64,000 nt of DNA from Planctomycetota bacterium (GTDB lineage: Bacteria; Planctomycetota; Brocadiia; JAADGH01), in contig JBFMAD010000006.1 in the NCBI GenBank assembly GCA_040755855.1, positions 1-64,000 on the forward strand. The letters run 5' to 3'. Of the stretch, positions 57,856 to 64,000 are shown one piece after another (positions within the stretch are counted from its first letter, which is position 1; the number at the start of each line of letters is the position of its first letter). A model generated the notes under the pieces. The model was not told where the DNA came from. It saw only the letters and a program-made list of their open reading frames with translations, and ran no database searches. The translations under genes were made by a program, and so were the position numbers.

Positions 57856-58917
57856 ATGATTCGGTGCATGATGATTTGCTTTCTTGCAATGAGCGTTTCC
57901 ATCGCTGCCGCAGAGTATGTCACCGTCCCCGTGGGAGGCGGCGCAAACGGGGTTGACGGGCTCAAGATCGTTTCTGTTCCCTGTGTGCAAGCCTCTGTCG
58001 AAACGGTCCCCAAGGCGGATGGCGAGAGCCCGGCCGTAAGGGTCACATTCACGAAAACGGGCGACGAGCGCCGACTCCTCGCGATGGAGGGAACGCTGAA
58101 GGGGAATCCCACCGGCAGCAAGGTCCTCGCCCTGCGCTGCCGACTGAGCCTGGAGCAAGGCGAGCCTCAGCGCCTGGCGATGGTCGCCTATGGCAAGGAC
58201 GGCAATGCCTGGTTCAAGGTCGGCGCGAATCCCATCGCGGCGGGCGGGTTCCAGGAGGTCCGCCTGCCGTTGCAGGGCCTGCGTCCGGCAAAGTTCAGTC
58301 GGGACGAAGAAGCCGAATTGCAGTGGGACAAGGTGGAGAAGGTCTGGTTCGGCCTGGCCATTGACGGCCCGGCGAAGGGGACGCTCGAGGTGAGCCGTGC
58401 GCTCCTGACAAGCGAACCCTATCGCCCCACGAAGCCCCTGGCGGTGGCGTGCATGGATGCGTCGCTGTGGAGCGTGGGGAAGGACCCCGCCGCAAAGGGC
58501 GAGATTGCGATCGCCGAGGCGGAGAAGTGTGTGCGGTTCGACTTCAGCTTCCCCGGCGGGCGGCACATGTACGACATCCCGAGCCTGAGGATACCCGAGG
58601 CGGAACTGGAAGGGTATATGGGCCTTCAGTTCACCTACAAGGCCGAGATTCCGCCGGGGATCAAGGGGCTGCTCGTGACTCTGCGCGAATCCGGAGGCGG
58701 GCAGTACTTCGTGGACCCGGCGCCCCCGGCGGAGAAGGATTGGAAGACGATCACGATCCCCTTTGCTTCTCTCAAAAAGGCAAGCTGGGGCCGCGACGAC
58801 AACGACCGCCTCGATGTGGACCAGATTAACGCCGTCCAAATCGGCGTCCACGGCACGACGACGGAGAAGGTCGGCACGGGATTCATTATGACGAAAGAAA
58901 TCCAGTTCATGCCGTGA
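57856..58917 (+). CDS. secreted protein with tandem CBM11/CIA30-like domains
   Basis: Signal peptide; EVRLPL..L and WKTITIPF..L...W...LD..QI motifs. Confidence 0.65.
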   Translation: MIRCMMICFLAMSVSIAAAEYVTVPVGGGANGVDGLKIVSVPCVQASVETVPKADGESPAVRVTFTKTGDERRLLAMEGTLKGNPTGSKVLALRCRLSLEQGEPQRLAMVAYGKDGNAWFKVGANPIAAGGFQEVRLPLQGLRPAKFSRDEEAELQWDKVEKVWFGLAIDGPAKGTLEVSRALLTSEPYRPTKPLAVACMDASLWSVGKDPAAKGEIAIAEAEKCVRFDFSFPGGRHMYDIPSLRIPEAELEGYMGLQFTYKAEIPPGIKGLLVTLRESGGGQYFVDPAPPAEKDWKTITIPFASLKKASWGRDDNDRLDVDQINAVQIGVHGTTTEKVGTGFIMTKEIQFMP

Positions 58918-59405
58918 GGCAATCGAAGATGATCCAAGTCCGTGCGGCTACCGTCAAAGATGCAGAAGCCATAAGCGGGATTGTCTGCCGATGCTACGAA
59001 GGCTTCGAGCAAACCGACGAGTGGCCGCACGATGTCGTCACGGAACTGAAAGCCGTTCGGGGTTCGGCAGACTGCATCCGGGAGTTGATCGCCGGTGAGC
59101 GCGTCTTCGTTGTCGATGACGACGGCAGCGTTCGGGGCATGGTCAGCATCCGCAAGAACGAGGTGACCAAGCTATTTGTCGATCCAACCCACCATCGGCA
59201 GGGCATCGGGCGGCGGCTGTTCAGCCATGCCGAGTCGTTTATCCGAGATCAGGGCCATCGGCACATGTTCCTGGGCGCAGCGGTCCGGACGCCGATTGCA
59301 TACTATGAGAAGATGGGGATGAAGATCGCGCGCACGCGGGTGATAGATCATGGTCCTTGTGTCGGGATGATCTCGACGATTCTGGAGAAGTCATTCGGAA
59401 CTTGA
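58914..59405 (+). CDS. GNAT N-acetyltransferase
   Basis: LFVDP.HHRQGIGRRL, YYEKMG. Confidence 0.85.
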   Translation: MRQSKMIQVRAATVKDAEAISGIVCRCYEGFEQTDEWPHDVVTELKAVRGSADCIRELIAGERVFVVDDDGSVRGMVSIRKNEVTKLFVDPTHHRQGIGRRLFSHAESFIRDQGHRHMFLGAAVRTPIAYYEKMGMKIARTRVIDHGPCVGMISTILEKSFGT

Positions 59406-59444
59406 CCGGGGGAACGGTGTGCGCCGACGCGCGGCGAAAAAGAC

Positions 59445-59473
59445 TTGACTTTGTGCATACATATGTGCATACT
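59445..59473 (+). promoter_or_regulatory. brnTA promoter/operator (leaderless)
   Basis: TTGACT-N17-CATACT ending 6 nt before the ATG; direct repeat TGTGCATAC at 59452 and 59464 overlapping the spacer and -10. Confidence 0.65.
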
Positions 59474-59479
59474 ATAGCT

Positions 59480-59746
59480 ATGTTCGAGTGGGATGACAAC
59501 AAGGAGTGGGGAAACGTTCGGAAACATGGGATTTCTTTTGCTGACACGTTTGCTGTTTTTGAGGATCCTCATGCGTTGACCTTGGAGGATTTTGTGCGCG
59601 GGGAAGAACGGTACGTGACCATCGGGATGGATTGCTTTGGGCGGATTCTCGTCGTCGTGTACACATGGCGAGGGGAGAACATTCGCATCATATCCGCTCG
59701 GAAGGCCAACAAGTCGGAGATCAAACAATATGAAGGCAAAATATGA
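59480..59746 (+). CDS. brnT: BrnT-family ribonuclease toxin
   Basis: MFEWDDNK..N.RKHGISF, EERY..IG, IRIISARKA. Confidence 0.92.
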   Translation: MFEWDDNKEWGNVRKHGISFADTFAVFEDPHALTLEDFVRGEERYVTIGMDCFGRILVVVYTWRGENIRIISARKANKSEIKQYEGKI

Positions 59747-59984
59747 TTTCAGCAAGGCCCGTCGTGGGGCGGTGCTTCCCGCGTCCGGGAACAAGGTGAG
59801 GATCACCATCCGCCTCGACAGGGACATCATCGAATGGTTCAAGCGGCAGGTGCGGGCGGCCGGCGGCGGCAACTACCAGACGCTCTTGAACCAGGCGCTG
59901 AGGGAGCACATCCGCAACCGTAAAGAACCCATCGAGCAGATCGTTCGACGGGTCGTCCGCGAGGAACTCCACGCGGCGCACTGA
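59730..59984 (+). CDS. brnA: BrnA antitoxin
   Basis: MKAKYDFS, ITIRLD.DII.WFK, YQTLLN.ALR. Confidence 0.92.
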   Translation: MKAKYDFSKARRGAVLPASGNKVRITIRLDRDIIEWFKRQVRAAGGGNYQTLLNQALREHIRNRKEPIEQIVRRVVREELHAAH

Positions 59985-60039
59985 TGCCACAGGGGAACGG
60001 ACGAAGGCCAGATTGACAAGAATGTCGTGAGGAACGCGG

Positions 60040-60915
60040 ATGCCAGACAAGAAATGTCTCTTTTGCGACGGCCCTCTCACCGGCCGCAAGTCACGTGACC
60101 ATCCCTTTCCGATGTGGCTTCTCACCCATCTCGGTGTCTGTGACGAAGATGTCGAACCCACACATATCGGTTATGAGAAAGAATTCCAGAACGGCGTGGC
60201 CAATATAGTACGCGAGTATGTGGCCGAGCAACGGAGTCATCCTATGCAAGCATTCGTTGCAGGTGGTGTTTGCGCCAAGTGCAACAACGGCTGGATGAGC
60301 GATATCGAGACGCGTGCAAAACCGGTGCTGATGCCCTTTATCGACGGTCAACGGACCCTTACGCAGTCGCGGCATGACCTTCCTGATCCTGAGTCCCTGG
60401 CTATAGCGCGATGGGCTGTCAAGACAGCTTACATGATTGACCGGGCTACGCCGGGACAGGACACCGTTCCCACCAACCACTTGCACGCTCTCCGCTCAGA
60501 CCCCAATCGGACTCCCCCGGGCGTGAGGGTGTTCGTAGGCCATCAGTCATCAGACGCCAAGGTCAGCTGGTGGAGTTCCCCTACATGGTTTGGCATGCAT
60601 CTCGAAGACGTCAGTGGATATGATGCCGAAGCCTTTGACCGGCTAATCGGTGCCTCTTACAAAATCGGGATGGTGGTTGGGAAGCTCTTGCTACTCGTCG
60701 CGTTCTTCCCGGACAATGCTTGGGCTATGGTGATAGCTAAAGGAATCCACCGCTTGCTGTGGCCCCCGGACGCGCGAATTGGTGAGGTGCCATTCGACCC
60801 GGAGCACCCCGTTTCGGTCGCGGAGCCTTTGCTGAAGGTGTTTAACGGCAACCTTCGCATCGTGCATAAACCGTCTCTGGATCGGGCACCAGGCATGATG
60901 CAGGACTTGGTCTAA
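60040..60915 (+). CDS. HNH-like Zn-binding protein
   Basis: CLFC...SRDHPFP.WL...VCAKCNNGWMS; codon usage visibly less GC-biased than neighbours. Confidence 0.6.
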   Translation: MPDKKCLFCDGPLTGRKSRDHPFPMWLLTHLGVCDEDVEPTHIGYEKEFQNGVANIVREYVAEQRSHPMQAFVAGGVCAKCNNGWMSDIETRAKPVLMPFIDGQRTLTQSRHDLPDPESLAIARWAVKTAYMIDRATPGQDTVPTNHLHALRSDPNRTPPGVRVFVGHQSSDAKVSWWSSPTWFGMHLEDVSGYDAEAFDRLIGASYKIGMVVGKLLLLVAFFPDNAWAMVIAKGIHRLLWPPDARIGEVPFDPEHPVSVAEPLLKVFNGNLRIVHKPSLDRAPGMMQDLV

Positions 60916-60989
60916 CCTGCTTCCCCACCAATGCCGCCGTTTCGGGAGAGTTCCTTGGCCCGGGCCAATCAATCGGACACGACCCTACC

Positions 60990-61799
60990 CTACTTCAAAT
61001 GCGCCTTGCTCCGCGTTGACTCAAGTGCCACATCTTGCTTTGCCTGCCCGATGACGTTCATTGCGATCTTGACGTCTTCCTCCACCTCCTCGGGGCTGAG
61101 GAAGCCGACGGCGACGGTGTCCTTCGGCGCAATGACGCTATAGACGTACGGCAACCCCTCGTGCGGCGTGACACGGCCGGCGGCCAGCGGCTTGATGCAG
61201 ATGCACGGCTTCTTCGCGCCGCGGATGACGCTCGACTGCCACGGCGTCTCCACATGGCACAGGAAACCGAGGACGTTGATGATCTGGACGTAGGTCTCCA
61301 CGTCATAGCCCGCCTTGTCGCAGACGCGGGGCGTCTCCGGGCGGTGCGTGCTCACGCCGGGGATCATGCCGAGGTCGCGCACCATCTTCGTGATCTCCTC
61401 CAGGCCGATGATCCGGTTCTCGCCCTGGACGATGTGCGAGTCGGTGAAGCTGGGGTGCGGCAGGCAGAACGTCACGTCGTGCTCCGCGCACCACTTGATC
61501 CCCTTCTTGCACTCCTCAAGCGTGCCGCCCGGCGTGCAGACAAAGTGGACCTTCACCCCAGTCTTGTCCTGCACGATCCGGATGGCCTGGTGCGTCTTCT
61601 CCTCGATCCCGCCGATGATGGCGTTGACGCCGAACTCCGTGCACTTCTCCAGGACCTCGACGATGCGCTCGACGGTGAAGTATCGCCTCTGCCAGACGCT
61701 TCGCGCCTGGGTGAAATGGCTGTGTCCGAAAAACGGGTTCGTGCCGCAGATCATGCGACTGATCTCGATGCCGCCGATGGTCGTCGTGGGGAGCTTCAT
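60990..61799 (-). CDS. aldo/keto-reductase-like protein
   Basis: ISRMICGTNPFFG.SH, IPGVSTH, CIKPLAAGR; start at ATG 61799. Confidence 0.75.
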   Translation of the reverse strand: MKLPTTTIGGIEISRMICGTNPFFGHSHFTQARSVWQRRYFTVERIVEVLEKCTEFGVNAIIGGIEEKTHQAIRIVQDKTGVKVHFVCTPGGTLEECKKGIKWCAEHDVTFCLPHPSFTDSHIVQGENRIIGLEEITKMVRDLGMIPGVSTHRPETPRVCDKAGYDVETYVQIINVLGFLCHVETPWQSSVIRGAKKPCICIKPLAAGRVTPHEGLPYVYSVIAPKDTVAVGFLSPEEVEEDVKIAMNVIGQAKQDVALESTRSKAHLK

Positions 61800-61970
61800 C
61801 GTTACATCCTTCCATTCTTCCTGAAAACGATAATCCAGATTCCAACATTCTCGCACGATCTCCCGCCCGAAGTCAATAGCTCTCCATCCTTCGGGATTTC
61901 GCTTGACTGAGAACTTGAACCCGCTATTCTCGTTCTCGGACCGATTTCCCCAAAAAGGAGCGGAAAAGGC

Positions 61971-63098
61971 ATGTTCAAGAAGGTCCTCGTTCTCTCGGCC
62001 TCGGTCGGGGCGGGGCACGTCAGCGCAGCGCGGGCGGTCGAGAAGGCGTTCCGGGAACTGGGCGCGGCGGAGGAGGTCCGGCACATTGACACCCTCGAAT
62101 ACACCAATCGCATCTTCCGCGCCCTCTATGGCAAGACCTACATTGACCTTGTAAACAACGCCCCGGAAGTCCTCGGGTGGATTTACGACCACCTGGACGA
62201 GCCGTGGAAGCACGTCCGCCGCCGACTGGCCTTCGAGAAGCTGAACACGGGGCGTTTTGTCAAGATGCTCCGGGAGTACGAGCCGGACGTCGCCGTATGC
62301 ACCCACTTCCTCCCCGCCGAAATCCTCGCCTGGCTGAAGGCGAAGAAGGGACTCGCCACCCGGCAGGCGATCGTCGTCACGGACTTCGACGTGCATGCCA
62401 TGTGGCTGTGCCGCCACTACGAGCATTACTTCGTCGCCCTCGATGAGACAAAGGTGCATCTTAGCAAACTCGGCATCGCCGCCGACAAGATCACCGTCAC
62501 CGGCATCCCTATCAATCCTGTTTTTGCCCTGAACAAGGACAAGAAGGAGATGCGACGGAAGCACGGCCTCGATCCGAGCAAGACAACACTCCTCATCTCC
62601 GCCGGCGGATTCGGCGTGGGACCCATCGAGCACCTCATCCAGTCCATCCTGGAGCTGCGGCATGAGGCGCAGGTCGTCGTAATCTGCGGCCGGAGCGAGA
62701 AGCTCAAGCGCCGGATGGATCGGCTGGCGGAGCGCGTCCCGAAGGGCTGCCGCGTCTCGCTCAAGGTGGAGGGCTTTACGACGGAGATGGACGAGTTCAT
62801 GGCCGCGTCGGACCTCGTCGTCGGCAAGCCCGGGGGGCTGACCACATCCGAGGCCCTCGCCAAGGGACTTGTATTCGTGATCGTGAATCCCATCCCCGGC
62901 CAGGAGGAGCGCAATTCCGATCACCTCTTGGAGGAGGGGGTGGGCATCCGATGCAACAACCTGCCGGCCATGGCCTACAAAATTGACCGGCTCTTGGACG
63001 ATCCGGAGCGTTTCGCCGCCATGCAGGCGAACGTCCACCGCCTCGCCAAGCCGCAGGCGGCCTATGCCATTGTGGAAAAGCTCCTGGAAATCGGATGA
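61971..63098 (+). CDS. MGDG synthase/UgtP-like glycosyltransferase (GT28)
   Basis: SASVGAGH..AA, CTHF, VTDF, TGIP, KPGGLTTSEA, PIPGQEERN. Confidence 0.9.
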   Translation: MFKKVLVLSASVGAGHVSAARAVEKAFRELGAAEEVRHIDTLEYTNRIFRALYGKTYIDLVNNAPEVLGWIYDHLDEPWKHVRRRLAFEKLNTGRFVKMLREYEPDVAVCTHFLPAEILAWLKAKKGLATRQAIVVTDFDVHAMWLCRHYEHYFVALDETKVHLSKLGIAADKITVTGIPINPVFALNKDKKEMRRKHGLDPSKTTLLISAGGFGVGPIEHLIQSILELRHEAQVVVICGRSEKLKRRMDRLAERVPKGCRVSLKVEGFTTEMDEFMAASDLVVGKPGGLTTSEALAKGLVFVIVNPIPGQEERNSDHLLEEGVGIRCNNLPAMAYKIDRLLDDPERFAAMQANVHRLAKPQAAYAIVEKLLEIG

Positions 63099-63137
63099 TC
63101 CTCTTTCCCCGCTCGACCTGATGCTCGAAACCCAAGT

Positions 63138-63176
63138 GCAAAATTCACATTGGACACATCAATGTGAATTTTGCCC
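63138..63176. repeat. collapsed copy of the 19089-19242 element (15-bp stem, 7-nt loop)
   Basis: GCAAAATTCACATTG-GACACAT-CAATGTGAATTTTGC(CC). Confidence 0.8.
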
Positions 63177-63253
63177 TGGAAACATGCACGCAAATGGGCA
63201 TTATGTTATGGAATAAGGTTCTAAAGGTCAAACGCCCCGGAGGAGACAAGACG

Positions 63254-64000
63254 ATGAACGATGAGAAGAAATACCCCTCGCTCACGCTGCGGCCGTATCT
63301 GGCCTTGTGCGTGGTGTGCTCTCTCGGCGAAGGTCCATCTATGCCGCAGGAGGAGAAGCTCAACGATGTCCTTCGGCAGATCAGGGAGAACCCCGATATG
63401 CCTGTCGCCCTCCGATGCAATGCAGGCGACGTTTATGTATATCAGGACCGCGGGATCGCAGAAGACACCCCCGAGAGCGTCGAGTTCAACAGGAAGAGGG
63501 ACCTGGACATCCTGGCTGCGCTCGATCTGGCGCCGGGGAGCGTGCTGCCGGCCAGGACGTTGTTTCATCTGGTATTGAAAACGATCCCCACGGCGCGCGG
63601 CATATGCTGCTACGACGCCGTCACGTCCGATGCATGGCGGGGCTGCCCGAGGGCGGGAAGCGGCTGCTACGAGAAGGGCCGCGAGAAGGGGACCGCCGCC
63701 ATCATCTCCCCACGAGGCGAAGATGAAATGGCTAAGGAGAAAGAAAAATCCCTGGCGGCAATGTATGCGGCGGAGGCAATATCCATCCGACCGCATATTC
63801 TGCTGTGCGCCGTCTGCCAGTATGGCGGAGGAACCCGGCCGCCTTTCAAGCCGGACAACCTGCCGGAGTTCATCCAACACATCCTGAAGAATCCCGACAC
63901 ACTGGTCGCCCTGGCTGAGGGCGCGGATTGGATGATGTGTGCGCCTTGCCCGAGGCGCGTGCCCGAGCTGAACGCATGCGTCAACGTCCTCGGCTCCGGG
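63254..64000 (+). CDS. Cys-rich DUF1284-like protein, tandem domains (3'-partial)
   Basis: RBS GGAGG; MNDEKKYPSLTLRPYLALCVVC ... IRPHILLCAVC ... GADWMMCAPCP; frame open to the window end. Confidence 0.65.
   Translation, partial: MNDEKKYPSLTLRPYLALCVVCSLGEGPSMPQEEKLNDVLRQIRENPDMPVALRCNAGDVYVYQDRGIAEDTPESVEFNRKRDLDILAALDLAPGSVLPARTLFHLVLKTIPTARGICCYDAVTSDAWRGCPRAGSGCYEKGREKGTAAIISPRGEDEMAKEKEKSLAAMYAAEAISIRPHILLCAVCQYGGGTRPPFKPDNLPEFIQHILKNPDTLVALAEGADWMMCAPCPRRVPELNACVNVLGSG

Noticed and set aside
60955..60990. Palindrome TTGGCCCGGGCCAA and GGACACGACCCTACCC between convergent genes
   Set aside because: No loop or U-tract for a terminator, and only a 6-nt match to the repeat family; not supportable as a REP from one copy.
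61800..63038. 682-aa version of the minus-strand AKR-like ORF
   Set aside because: The extension is the shadow of the glycosyltransferase gene; the real start is ATG 61799.
1..64000. CRISPR array, tRNA/rRNA, transposase, integrase, prophage, selenocysteine recoding
   Set aside because: No regularly spaced repeats, RNA-gene signatures, DDE/tyrosine recombinase motifs or in-frame TGA at catalytic positions were recognised by eye (the thioredoxin position is TCA, Ser).

Overview
GC-rich bacterial chromosomal window with about 45 protein-coding genes. The gene content (BatA/vWA plus DUF4175-like pair, PQQ-type beta-propeller, membrane Ser/Thr kinase, many secreted CAZyme-like proteins) suggests a Planctomycetota/PVC-like organism; this is inference only. 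Housekeeping genes: tatC-pyrK-pyrD, ltaE, murC, mfd, thioredoxin, iscS-like desulfurase and an MGDG-synthase-like glycosyltransferase. These are interleaved with carbohydrate-catabolic loci, two pilin-like genes and small accessory inserts (a nucleotidyltransferase pair; GNAT-BrnT/BrnA-HNH-like). I could not recognise any rRNA, tRNA, CRISPR array, transposase or integrase. Most notable: (1) TatC fused to an extra helix and a FecR-like domain; (2) a structured 154-bp element with perfect 24-bp terminal inverted repeats, plus a collapsed hairpin copy 44 kb away; (3) a REP-like palindrome doublet in frame inside a glycoside-hydrolase-like gene; (4) a DoxX-AKR fusion with an internal twin-arginine motif; (5) a sigma54-type promoter with phased enhancer-like palindromes ahead of a pilin-like gene; (6) an RsbW-STAS fusion with an internal RBS; (7) an unannotated 35-aa membrane protein; (8) three apparently leaderless genes. 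All domain calls come from motif recognition by eye, not database searches.
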